A stretch of DNA of 64,000 bases from positions 142,540,001 to 142,604,000 of the forward strand of contig CM059432.1 in NCBI GenBank assembly GCA_030390025.1. Direction: 5' to 3'. Positions 1 to 11,582 of this stretch are shown piece after piece. Both the position numbers and the translations under genes were made by a program. Under the pieces are notes generated by a model, which made no database searches, was not told the origin of the DNA, and was given only the letters and a program-made list of their open reading frames with translations. Positions within the stretch are counted from its first letter, which is position 1. Every line of letters starts with the position of its first letter. The DNA comes from Squalus acanthias. Taxonomy: Eukaryota.

Positions 1-117
1 ACCCTTATCTAACTTGATTAACATTGTTCTGTGTCAGCTCAGGCAGACTGCTGAAGAATTTCCCTTAACTAAAGAAGCCCATTTCTTATGATTCTATAGG
101 ACCACTATTTCTTACAA

Positions 118-219
118 TTGGGAGTGTCAGCCTGGATTAGGCGCTCAAGTCTCTGGAGTAGGGGCTTGGACCCATGACCTTCTGACTCAGAGGCGAGAGT
201 GCTACCCACTGAGCCAAGG
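118..219 (-). mobile_element. tRNA-derived head of DeuSINE (SacSINE1/AmnSINE1-like)
   Basis: Reverse complement matches the head of the full copy at 5762-5870. Confidence 0.75.
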
Positions 220-1004
220 TTGACTCATCAAGTGTAAACTTTGCAATAACCTGCTCCCAGCCGACACCTCATCCACTGATCACATCTATTGGAAAATTAG
301 GCAGGCTCAATTTTCCGACCATGAAAATCTTTGGTTGAAAATTGTGGGAATTGTGCCTGAGTTTCCAATTTGCATTCCGGGAGGGAGCACGGAATTGAAA
401 AATGGCTCCTTACACGTGGAATGTAAGGTTAGATTGACGTTCTGAAGTTTCACTTGATTTACCATCGGAAGGGAAGGAAACAGTTCACAGGGGATTAAAC
501 AGGCCATAATAGAGCAGGTTGATGATGGTCTGTGGGTGTCCATGCGTCTCAGGCTTCAACTGTTGACCGCAAGGACCGCAGCGGTTCAAGAAGCAGGCAG
601 CCCACCACCACCTTCTCAGGAGAGAACTGGGGATGGACAACAAATGCCGGCCTGGTCAGCGACGGCCACATCCAGATAACAAAAATCCCAGCCCGGAATT
701 TCTGTGGGGTTTTCCCAATTTTCTGCCGTTACTTCAGTGGGAGATTGTCTGAACCAGCCATGTAACAACATTATCGCCCATTCAGAGCTGTTTTGGCGGT
801 GGTTCTACCAAACTCCAAGAACCCCACTGAGATCCCACGCGCCTGATCCTATCGAATCCCGGACATAAATTTGATGCATGTCAGAAAAACCACCCAACGA
901 AAAAAAAAGTCTCACTTCAAAAATACGCACTGAGTGCATAAAATATTATAGAGCAATAAACCCAGGATCTAGATATTGGAAAAAAATTCAAGAAACAAGA
1001 TGAT

Positions 1005-1460
1005 GCAACACCATCCAGGCCAAAGCAGCCCGCTTGATTGGCATCCCATCCACCACCTTAAACATTCACTCCCTCCACCACCGGTGTACCGTGGCTGCAG
1101 TGTGTACCATCTACAAGATGCACTGCAGCAACTCGCCAAGGCTTCTTCGGCAGCACCTCCCAAACCCGCGAACCTCTTCCACCTAGAAGGACAAGGGCAG
1201 CAGGCGCATGGGAACACCACCACCTCCAAGTTCCCCTCCAAGTCACACACCATCCTGACTTGGAAGTATATGGTTGTTCCTTCATCGTTGCTGGGTCAAA
1301 ATCCTGGAACTCCCTCCCTAACAGCACTGTGGGAGTACCTTCACCACACGGACTGACTGCAGCGGTTCAAGAAGGCGGCTCACCACCACCTTCTCAAGGG
1401 CAACGAGGGATGGGCAATAAATGCTGGCCTTGCCAGCGACACCCACCTCCCATGAATTAA
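1005..1460 (+). mobile_element. Non-LTR retrotransposon 3' end (CR1/L2 group)
   Basis: Degenerate ORF end (AWEHHHLQVPLQVTHHPDL...SFIVAGSKSWNSLPNSTVG); related pieces at 577-680, 18690-18845 with 19270-19370, and 59595-59815 (-). Confidence 0.7.
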
Positions 1461-1639
1461 TTTTAAAAATGTACATAAATGGAGCAAGGCTTTGCTCACT
1501 GTGTGTTATTTACTCTATCTTGAAAGCAGAACATCTTGTCTGGATAATGCTACAAATAGAATACTGATGGTAAGAATGGTAGATAATGATTCCATATCAT
1601 ATTCCCCCTGTTGTATCAATCAGATGCACTCAGTTACAT

Positions 1640-2966
1640 TTGGGTCGATAACCAGAGGGCACAGATTTAAAATGATTGGCAAAAGAACCAAAGGCGACAT
1701 GAGGAAAAGCTTTTTTATGCAGCGAGTTGTTGTGATCTGGAATGCACTGCCTGAAAGGGTGGTGGAAGCAGATTCAATAATAACTTTCAAAAGGGAATTG
1801 GATAAATAGAATCATAGAAAAATTACGACACAGAAGGAGGCCATTCAGCCCATCGTGGCTGTGCCGGTCGGAAAAGAGCTACCCAGCCTAATCCCACCCT
1901 CCAGCATGAGGTCTGTAGCCCTGTAGGTTACGGCTCTTCAAGTGCACATCCAAGTACTTTTTAAATGTGATGAGGGTCTCTGCCTCTACCACCCTTTCAG
2001 GCAGTGAGTTCCAGACCCCCACCACCCTCTGGGTGAAAACATTTTTCCTCATCTCCCCTCTAATCCTTCGACCAACTACTTTAAATCTATGCCCCCTGGT
2101 TCTTGATACCTCTGCTAAGGGAAAGAGGTCCTTCCTATCCACTCTATCTAGGCCCCTCATAATTTTATACATCTCAATTAAATCTCCCCTCAGCCTCCTC
2201 TGTTCCAAGGAAAACAACCCCAGCCTGTCCAATCTTTCCTCATAGCTAAAGATTTCCAGTCCTGGCAACATCCTCATAAATCTCCTCTGCACCCTCTCCA
2301 GTCCAATCACATCCTTCCTGTAATGTGGTGACCAGAACTGCAGGCAGTACTCAAGCTGTGGCCTAACCAGTGTTGTACACAACTCTAGCATAACTTCCCT
2401 GCTCTTATATTCTATGCCTCGGCTAATAAAGGAAAGCATTCCGTTTGCACTTTTAACTGCTTTATCAACCTGTCCTGCTACCTTTAAAAGGATCTGTGGA
2501 CATACACTCCAAGGTCCCTCTGTTCCTCCACACCTCTCAGTATCCTCCCATTAATTGTGAATTCCCTTGCCTTGTTGCCCCTCCCCAAATGCATTACCTC
2601 CCACTTTTCCAGATTGAATTCCATTTGCCACTTTTCTGCCCAACTGACCAGTTCACGATATCTTCCTGCAGTCTAAAGCTTTCCCCCTCACTGTTAACCA
2701 CACGGCCAATTTTTGTATCATCTGCAAATTTCTTTATCATGCCCCCTACATTTAAGTCTAAATCATTAATATATACTACAAAATACTTGAAAGAGAAAAA
2801 ATTGCATGGATATGGGGAAACAGTATACGAGTGGGACTAACCGGATACTTCGTCTTCTTAGACAGTCCCTCGGAACCGAGGATGACTTACCGGATCGCTC
2901 TTTGAAAGAGCCATGCAGACTCGATGGGCCAAACGGCCTCCTTCTGTGCTGTACTATTCTATGATT
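1640..2966. mobile_element. Nested CR1 LINEs: minus-strand CR1 (1808-2779) inside a plus-strand CR1 3' end
   Basis: ORFs 1888..2439(-) and 1492..1809(+) encode the CR1 ORF2 C-terminus (LVRPQLEYC, RRLRGDLI, FTQRVV..WNSLP); host resumes at 2780; (ATTCTATG)-type tail. Confidence 0.9.
2847..2888 (-). mobile_element. 42-bp RTE 3'-terminal insertion with TSD accggat
   Basis: Matches the 3' end of the RTE at 4461-4500; accggat at 2840-2846 and 2889-2895. Confidence 0.8.
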
Positions 2967-3374
2967 TTCTAACCCTTCAATTCGTACAGTTCCAACTGTT
3001 TTTGACAGAATATTTGTTAATCACCATTTCGGAGTTTATGGAGTGCACACTTTGCAACCGATGCTGTTGCCGCACGACGATTTAGTGTCGCACTGAAGCC
3101 TTCTCTGCTTTTCTCTCAACAGCTTAAAGTAAATGGTTTGATTCCTATATTGAAAGACACACAGGAGGGAATTCAGTACGAGCAGGCCGGGGAACAGCGC
3201 GGTCTGACAATCTAACACCGCGTTATTCACTGAACACAAATTCCCGCCTTCGCTCATTTGTTGCAAAGGAACTGATGCCACGGGATTTGCGCAGATGGTT
3301 CTCAAAGATTATCGAGCATTAGCAGTTGAAAAGTTTTCTCGGCTTTTTTTTGCTTGTGGAGGGAAGAAAATTAC

Positions 3375-3635
3375 AACAGCAACTCCCATTTATACAGCGT
3401 CTTTAACGTCGTAAAACGCCCCAAGGCACGTCACAGGAACCTTATTAGACAGAATTTGACACCGAGTCACATTAAGAGGTATTAGGACAGGTGACCAAAA
3501 GCTTGGCCAAAGAGGTAGGTTTTAAGGAGCGTCTTAGAGGAGGAGAGAGAGGCGGAGAGGTTTAGGGGGGGAATTCCAGAGCTTAGGGCCCAGGCGGCTG
3601 AAGGCACGGCCACCAATGGTGGAGCGATGGAAATC
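3375..3635 (-). mobile_element. L2 LINE 3' end
   Basis: Same family as 17795-18266 (tail gtgaagcgccttgggacgttttactacgttaaaggcgctatataaat). Confidence 0.75.
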
Positions 3636-3924
3636 GGTAAATTGGCAACAGATAATAAACAATGGTGTCACGTGCCAAACCACAGTTGAAAGTGAAGCTG
3701 AAATCTGGCATTAAGCTGAAGAAACAAGACAACTTTGAAGCATCACCACAGAAACAGGCAGGAGACTAGGCCCAGTTCATAAGCCTGATCTGTTGACCAG
3801 AAATTTGACATGGTACAAACTCTCGGGAGTTCTTGGGATGTGGGCAAGGCAGTATTTTATTTCCCATTGCTAGTTGCCCCGAAGACAATTAAGAATTAAC
3901 TACATAGATACATATACATTCTTA

Positions 3925-4272
3925 GATGGCTTGTCAGAGGAGATGCTGAGAGGTTGTTTCCCCTGGCTGGAGAGCCCAGAACTAAGGGGGGTCACAGTCT
4001 CAGGATAAGGGGTTGGCCATTTAGGACTGAGATGAGGAGAAATTTCATCACTCAAAGGGTGGTGAATCTGTGGAATTCTCTACCCTGGAGGGCTGTGGAG
4101 GCTCGTCGTTGAGTATATTCAAGATCGATAGATTATTGGGCACTAAGGGAATCAAGGGATACGGTGGGTAAGTGGAGTTGAGGTCGAAGATCAGCCATGA
4201 TCTTATTGAATGGCGGAGCAGGCTCGAGGGGCCGTATGGCCTCCTCCTGCTCCTACTTTTTATGTCTTATGT
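3925..4272 (+). mobile_element. CR1 LINE 3' end
   Basis: RVVNLWNSLP-coding segment and 3' UTR hairpin/tail typical of the CR1 copies in this window. Confidence 0.85.
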
Positions 4273-4279
4273 TTTTACA

Positions 4280-5262
4280 TAGTGTGGCACTGGAGTCACG
4301 TGTAGCTCAGACTGGGTAAGGACGGCAGGCTTCCTTCCTGAAGGACCTTAGTGAGCCAGTTGGGTTTGACAACTTTGAGCTTTTTAATTCCAGAATTTTT
4401 AAAAGTGAATTCAAATTCACAAACTGCCCATGGTGGGATTTGAGCTCATGTTCTTTGGATTCTTCTTCTTAGGCAGTCCCTCGGAACCGAGGATGACTTG
4501 CTTCCACATTAAAAACGAGTTCTCAGGTGACTGACGAGTCCAATGCGGGACCTACAGTCTCTGTCACAGGTGGGGCAGACGGTGGTTGAAGGGGCGGGTG
4601 GGTGGGGTGCTTGGGTTGATGTGCGCTCCTTGCACTGTTTGCGCTTGGCTTCCGCTTGCTCCCGGCAAAGAAACTCCAGGTGTTCGGCGCCTTCCCGGAT
4701 GCTTCCCCTCCACTTTGTGCGGTCTTGGGCCAGGGATTCCCAGGTGTCGGTGGGGATGTTACACTTTTTCAAGGAGGCTTTGAGGGTGTCCTTGAAGCGT
4801 TTCCTCTGCCCACCTGGGGCTCTCTTGCCGTGCCGGAGCTCCGAGTAGAGCGTTTGTTTTGGGAGTCTCGTATCGGGCATGCAGACAATGTGACCCGTCC
4901 ATCGGAGCTGATCGAGCGTGGTCAAAGCTTCGATGCTGGGGATGTTGGCCTGAGTGAGAACACGGACGTTGGTGCGCCTATCCTGCCAATGGATTTGCAG
5001 GATCTTGCGGAGGCAGCGTTGGTGGTACCTCTCCAGTGCTTTGAGGTGCCTGCTGTACATGGTCCATGTCTCTGAAGCATACAGCAGGGCGGGTATCACT
5101 ACTGTTCTGTAGACCATGAGCTTGGTGCCGGGTTTGAGGTCCTGGTCTTCAGACACTCTCTTCCTCAGGCGACCGAAGGCTGCACTGGCACACTGAAGGC
5201 GGTGTTGGACTTCGTCATCGATTACTAGTCCAGTAACAGAACCACTACAGTACTGCAACCCT
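4280..5262 (-). mobile_element. tRNA-derived SINE interrupted by an RTE insertion
   Basis: Pieces 4280-4460 and 5221-5262 join to give a tRNA-like head (gtagtggtt...ggactagtaatcc...tcaaatcccaccatgg); related copies at 35125-35345 and 51870-51960. Confidence 0.6.
4461..5222 (-). mobile_element. RTE-clade LINE, 5'-truncated
   Basis: ORF 4509..5303: ASAAFGRL, LLYASETWT, QLRWTGHIVCMPDTRLPKQ, GGQRKRFKDTLK and C-terminal CPTCDRDCRSRIGLVSHLRT; (AAG)n tail. Confidence 0.9.
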
Positions 5263-5761
5263 GGGCTAGCAAACAAGCATGCAAAAACGCTGTGGAGACA
5301 CAAGAAATGCTAGCACCTTTGAATGTGGTTGACTCTTCACTGCCTGCTGAAGTGACCGAGCAAGCCATTCAGTTCTATCAAACTACTACAAGAATAAGGT
5401 TAAGAAGGGAACCTGATATGCATGTGTTAAAAAGGATTGTGCCTTGCTTTGGACAGGTGTCCTTGTCCCCTGCTCGGGAGGGCAGGTTAAAATCGTGGCA
5501 TGTCAGCTGGGTAAGTGACCTGGGCGATTTTAACTGCCCGCCTATCCCCCCCCAACCCGGTTTCCACCGAGCAGGTAGGGTCAAGATCACCCGCTTCATT
5601 TTAAAACACTTTCTGAAAATGAACGCAGGCAATTGACCGTCCATTGCCCAGGAACTCCCCGCAGCAATGGGCCAGTCAGCTCCAACTGAGAGTTCAAAAC
5701 CCAGATGCAATTCTTAAAATAAACAAAATAAAATAGTCAAACACTTTGTTACACATGTTAG

Positions 5762-6210
5762 CTGTGGCTCAGTGGGCAGCACCCTCGCCTCTGAGTCAGA
5801 AGGTTGTGGGTTCAAGTCCCACTCCAGAGACTTGAGCACAAAAATCTAGGCTGACACTCCCAGTGCAGTGCTGAGGGAGCGCTGTGCAGTCGGAGCTCTT
5901 TCAGATGAGATGTTAAACAGGGACCCCCGTCTGCCCTCTCGGGTGGATGTAAAAGATCCCATGGCACTATTTTGAAGAAGAGCAAGGGGAGTTCTCCCCG
6001 GTGTCCTGGGGCCAATATTTATCCCTCAATCAACATCACTAAAACAGATTATCTGGTCATTATCACATTGCTGTTTGTGGGAGCTTGCTGTGCAAATTGG
6101 CTTCTGTGTTTCCTACATTACAACAGCGACAGTACTTCATTGGCTGTAAAGCGCTTTGGGATGTCCGGTGGTCGTGAAAGGTGCTGTAGAAATGCAAGCC
6201 TTTCTTTTTA
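5762..6210 (+). mobile_element. Near-full-length DeuSINE (SacSINE1/AmnSINE1-like)
   Basis: tRNA-like head, central domain gtaaaagatcccatggcactatt...cattgctgtttgtgggagcttgctgtgc, and an L2-like tail. Confidence 0.8.
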
Positions 6211-6459
6211 TGTAAGGGAGGGAGACTGGATGCTGGCATGTTGTAAAGGCAGCTATCTCCCACAAACAACCCATTATATGCTTGACCTGGAGCAACTTGG
6301 GTGCAAGAAGTTGAGAAGTGTCCCTTTTGCCCTGCACTGATATCATTCACCAAAGGGCCCAGTCACAAATTATTAGCTTTCTTACATAATATTTTAAGAG
6401 TTTCAAGAACAAGACAAGGCCTGTCCATTTTTGGTGGCTCTCAAACCACCACCCCCCCG

Positions 6460-7970
6460 TTCACCATTCAATTAGATTATGGCTGATCTGTATCTTAACT
6501 CCCTCTACCTGTCTTGGTTCCGTAACCCTTGCTACACCTACCCAACAAGAATCTATCGATCTCAATTTTGAAATTTTCAATTGACCCCCAGCATCAACAG
6601 CTTTTTGGGGGAGAGAGTTCGAGATTTCCACTACCCTCTGTGTGAAGAAGTGCTTCCTGACATCACCCCTGAACGGCCTCGCTCTAATTTTAAGGTTATG
6701 CCCCCTTCATAGAATCATAGAAATTTACAGCACAGAAGGAGGCCATTCGGCCCATCTTGTCCGTGCCGGCCGACAAAGAGCTATCCACCCTATTCCCACT
6801 TTCCAGCACTTGGTCCGTATCCTTGTAGGTTACAGCACTTCAAGTGCATATCCAAGTACTTTTTAAATGTGATGAGGGTTCCTGCCTCTACCACCCTTTC
6901 AGGCAGTGAGTTCCAGACCCCCACCACCCTCTGGGTGAAGAGATTTCTCCTCAAATCCCCTCTAAACCTCCGACTAATTACTTTAAATCTATGCCCCCTG
7001 GTTATTGACCCTTCTGCTAAGAGAAACAGGTCCTTCCTGTCCACTCTATCTAGGCCCCTCATAATTTTATACACCTCAGTTAGGTCTCCCCTCAGCCTCC
7101 TCTGTTCCAAAGAAAATAACCCCAGCCTATCCAATCATTCCCCATAGCTAAAATTCTCCAGTCCAGGCAACATCCTCATAAATCTCCTCTGCACCCTCTC
7201 CAGTTCAATCACATCCTTCCTGTAATGTGGTGACCAGAACTGCACGCAGTATTCTAGCTGAGGCCTAACAAGCATTTTATACAGTTCAAGTATAACCTCA
7301 CTGCTCTTATATTCTATGCCTCGGCTAATAAAGGCAAGTATCCCGCATGCCTTCGTAACCACCTTATCTACCTGTTCTGCTACCTTCAGGGATCTGTGGA
7401 CATGCACTCCAAGGTCCCTCTGATCCTCTGCAATCAGTGTCCTACCATTTATTGTGTTTTCCCTTGCCTTGTTAGCCCTCCCCAAATGCATTACCTCACA
7501 CTTTTCTGGATTGATTTCCATTTGCCACCTGACCAGTCCATTGATATCTTCCTGCAGTCTGCAGCTTTCTTCTTCTTTATCCAATGACCAATTTTTGTAT
7601 CATCTGCAAACTTCTTAATCATACCACCTACATTCAAGTCTAAATCATTGATATATATCACAAAAAGCAAGGGACCCAGTACTAAGCCCTGCGGAACCCC
7701 ACTGGAAACAGCCTTCCAGTCACAAAAACACCCTTCGACCATTACCCTTGCTTCCTACTTCTCAGCCAATTTTGGATCCAACTTGCCACTTTGCCTTGTA
7801 TCCCATGGGCTTTTACTTTCGTAACCAGTCTGCCATGTGGGACCTTATCAAAAGCCTTGTTCTGGACTCCCCCACCAGAGGAAATAGTTTCTCTCTATCC
7901 ACCCTATCAACTCCTTTAATCATCTTAAACACCTCGATTAGATCACCCCTTAATCTTCTCTACTCAAGTT
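6460..7970 (-). mobile_element. Nested CR1 LINEs (6708-7857 inside an older CR1 3' end)
   Basis: ORFs 7491..7742, 7135..7584 and 6790..7134 give RT motifs SGVPQG..LGPLLF, KFADDTK and the C-terminus; host resumes at 7858. Confidence 0.9.
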
Positions 7971-9019
7971 GGAGGGTTCATGTCTAAACCTTGACCGGGA
8001 GGAAGTGGTCAACAGGTGATTGGGCCATGGATTAAATGGTACGTTCATGGAGTGCGCGCTCCCAGTGACGTGCGACGCTCGAAGGAAGCACAATTGAGAG
8101 GATAAGCGCCAGTGTCGTAACCCTCCGACTCATGTTCCCTTCCCGCGTGGCTCTGCTGGGAAATGCGAGATTGGGAAATTTGTGTTGTGAAGAGGGGCTC
8201 AGTTTGCAGTGTGCTTCAAAAAAAAAGTGACCATCTTCATTTCTTCATTAGAAAATTCCAACCGGTAATCAATCCGTGGTGGAAATGACCACCGATGTTT
8301 ATGATTAATTTTTGTACGAGTCTAATATTGCCTCACTCTGGTACTTCGGTGCTCTTAACTCCGTTACTTTCGCCTATAAAAGCTGCTGTGTTCCGAAATT
8401 CTGCCACGACGAGATTGAAAACCTAGTTAACGTCAACATGAATTTAAGTTGACATAAATTCCAGTGCACAGGTGATTTCAAGTGGGGTAATTACAACCCC
8501 GAGTCATGCACCATCTGCAAGGGTAGTTGAAGCTTCTGGTTTGTAAAGGGGTAGGGTCCACGTATGGGAACTGCTGTAGAAACTATCGAGTGACAGGGAG
8601 GTACAATAACAAGACTGGAACTGTAATGTAATCCCTTCATAGAAGCACAATCTGTCAACAACTCCCAGGCTGGTCCTTTGCGATTTCTAAATTAGATTCC
8701 ATTGAACACTTGGATACCATTTCAAAAAAATTGCGAAAATAAAGTTTACATAGAAACTTTATACTGTCAGTGTGACCAAAGTGGTTGTTTGTTCCTCACC
8801 AGGTGGAAGCGTCACTCAAAAAACCGTTCGAGGGATGAGTGTAAGTGTTCGAAGAGGCAACTGCACTGCTGAGATTCTCTTCGCAGTGTTCCTGAAACAA
8901 ATTAAATGAATAATTTGTCTGGAAGCACTAATGGGTAGGATTTAATGAGTGGAGTGGGGTGGGGTGGGGGGTGGAGGGTGAGGGGTGGGGGGTGGAGGGT
9001 GAAGGGTGAAGGGTGGCTG

Positions 9020-9232
9020 GAACTGCTATTCGGCTGTTGCCATTTACACCTCCTTTAGACCCATCTTTTGTTTCTTTACTTGTCCGATTGCCATCTCCTT
9101 TTACTTTGTACCATCATCCCGTTTGTCATTTAATCCCTCCTGCCTTCCACCCTATCACAGACCTTCCCTTTTGTTCTTTCCTCCCCACCCCCCTTTCCCT
9201 GCTTCTGTACTTGCTTAAAACCCGTTACATCT
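9020..9232 (+). mobile_element. Penelope-like element pLTR fragment
   Basis: Similar to 43445-43620 (tttacacctcc..gacccatctttt..tcacagaccttcccttttgtt..acttgcttaaaacc); ends before the ribozyme. Confidence 0.7.
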
Positions 9233-9344
9233 CGTTAAATTACAAATGCATTAATTATTCATCTTATTGAAGTGCTGCCCAGATTATTAGGTCAGATTTG
9301 CTCCTTGGCCAGTCCTTGACTGTAGACAGGCAGATCTCATGTAA

Positions 9345-9703
9345 TGTACGTCCAACTTACGGGGCCTGTTCTTTTTGGCAGTATCCCGGGCGCTGCTGGT
9401 AGCCGGGACGGGAATTGTTCACAGACGGTCGGCTCCTCTCCGAACAGCGGGCCCTGCGCTTTTCTGCCTCCGACTCCTGTTGCTGGCGGTGGCATTGTGG
9501 CCGCTGTTGGCCCGCAGTCTCTTTCCCTCCATCTTTCTCCTCTTCTTCATGCAGTGCACAGCCACCGCCATGGTAACCACGCGCCGCCCCGTTGAGCAGC
9601 GCCCGGCCGCGCTGCACCGGCTCGCGCTCCATCACCGACTGGGGAGTTTTTTTTTCGCGGACCCCATGGAAAGTGTCCGTGGACCCCAGTTTGAGAACCA
9701 CTG
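9345..9703 (-). mobile_element. hAT (Charlie-like) transposon end with GC-rich internal segment
   Basis: Minus strand begins CAGTGGTTCTCAAACTGGGGTCC, a Charlie-type terminal repeat; second end not found. Confidence 0.55.
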
Positions 9704-9709
9704 ACATAA

Positions 9710-10518
9710 AGCTCTGATTAGACCCCATCTGGAGTAACTGTGTTCAGTTCTGGGCCCCGCACCTCAGGAAGGATATATTGGCCTTGGAGGGGGAGCAGCG
9801 CAGGTTCATCAGAATGATACCGAGGCTAAAAGGGTTAAATTATGAGGACAGGTTGCATAGACTGGGCTTGTATTCCTTCGAATTTAGAAGATTAAGGGGT
9901 GATCTAATTGAGGTGTTTAAGATAATTAAAGGCGATGATAGGGTAGATGGAGAAAAACTATTTCCTCTGGTGGGAGAGTCCAGAACAAGGGGCATAACCT
10001 TAAAACGCCATTAAACCGAGGCCCCGTCTGCTCTCTCAAGTGGATGTAAAAGATCCCATGGAACTTTTTTGAAGAAGAGCAGGGGAGTTATCCCTGGTGT
10101 CCTGGGCCAATATTTATCCCTCAACCAATATCACTAAAATAGATTATCTGGTTATTATCTTATTGCTGTTTGTGGGAGCTTGCTGTGCACATCCCGAGGT
10201 CATGAAAGGCGCTATGTAAATGCAAGTCTTTCTTTCTTTAAAATTAGAGCCAGGCTGTTCAGGGGTGATGTCAGGAAGCACTTCTTCACACAAAGGGTAG
10301 TGGAAATCTGGAATGCACTCCCCAAAAAGCTGTTGAGGCTGGGGGTCAATTGAAAAGTTCAAAACTGAGATCGATAGATTTTTGTTGGGTAAGGGTATCA
10401 AGGGTTACGGAACCAAGACGGGTAGATGGAGTTAAGATGCAGATCAGCCATGATCTAATTGAATAGCGGAACAGGCTCGAGGGGCTGAGTGGCCTCCTCC
10501 TGATCCTGTGTTTCTATG
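9710..10518 (+). mobile_element. CR1 3' region interrupted by a DeuSINE fragment (10008-10235)
   Basis: ORF 9778..10014 is CR1 C-terminal; ttaaaa duplicated around the SINE; CR1 resumes near 10238. Confidence 0.85.
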
Positions 10519-11019
10519 AAATCTAGCCCTATTTGTTTAAAAGGGTCTGTCAACATTTTGTTCATGAGATAATGATATCAATATGACATTTGATTCATTC
10601 GAGATCAAAGCAATACAAAACAAAATGCATTGATATGACTAAGAAGTCAGCAAAATCACATTTCCATCAGTCAAAATTACCTTTAGGACAATTGGTCTCT
10701 GCAATGCCTGATTGCAATTAGCAAGGAATACAATAATTGGGCCTCTGGAAATTCTGCGATTCCCCACTCCGGAAATTGCAGATTTTGCAATCATTAGACA
10801 AACTTTACCTTTCAACAGATACCAATGTCAGCATTTATTGTCCAGGCCACCCCTCCACAGACATGCTCAATAAAGCCATCAACTCCTGGACCCGTTTCCC
10901 GTCTGTCAGTTGCGGGAACAAGGAAAGGTCCCTACACTTAACTACCTGGGACCACAAGTGGACATCACCCAAATCTGGCTTGCCGTGGAGTTGACATGTC
11001 AGAAGTTAAGATGAATTAC

Positions 11020-11300
11020 AAGATCCCACGGCCACTATTTCGATATTTCGAAGAAGAGCAGGGGAGTTCTCCCTGGTGTCCTGGGCCAATATTTATCCCT
11101 CAACCAATATCACTAAAACAGATTATCTGGTTATTATCTCATTGCTGTTTGTGGGAGCTTGCTGTGCACAAATTGGCTGCCTTATTTTCTACATTACAAC
11201 AGTGACTGCACTTCAAAAGTACTTCATTGGCTGTAAAGCGCTTTGGGACATCCTGAGGTCAAGAAAGGCGCTATAGAAATGCAAGTTCATTCTTTTTTTC
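11020..11300 (+). mobile_element. DeuSINE 3' half
   Basis: Matches 5955-6210. Confidence 0.8.
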
Positions 11301-11582
11301 TCTAAGATGCATTTCCCTCTCCCTCTGGACTTGCCTCTGACCATTTAGTTTCAGTCCTCAATGATACGGGACGGGTTCTCCTGAATGTTACACAAGCCCA
11401 GGCCCATGCAGCTCGATAGTCAATGATTCCATCAGTTGAATGCTGGTGGAAATTCTCCACACAATTGATGAAAATACTCCATTAAACCAAAGTATTGAGA
11501 CCCTTATGACAACCGATGCGGTGGTCAAGGGAACATCCACCAGAGGGAGCTCCAATATCAGATGTGCCGATGTCCAGACTCA

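Noticed and set aside
5479..5540. Hairpin gggcaggttaaaatcg...cgattttaactgccc as a structured ncRNA
   Set aside because: More simply a palindromic MITE remnant; no RNA family features.
8951..9016. G-rich run as a telomeric or functional repeat
   Set aside because: Not TTAGGG; short low-complexity tract with no other support.
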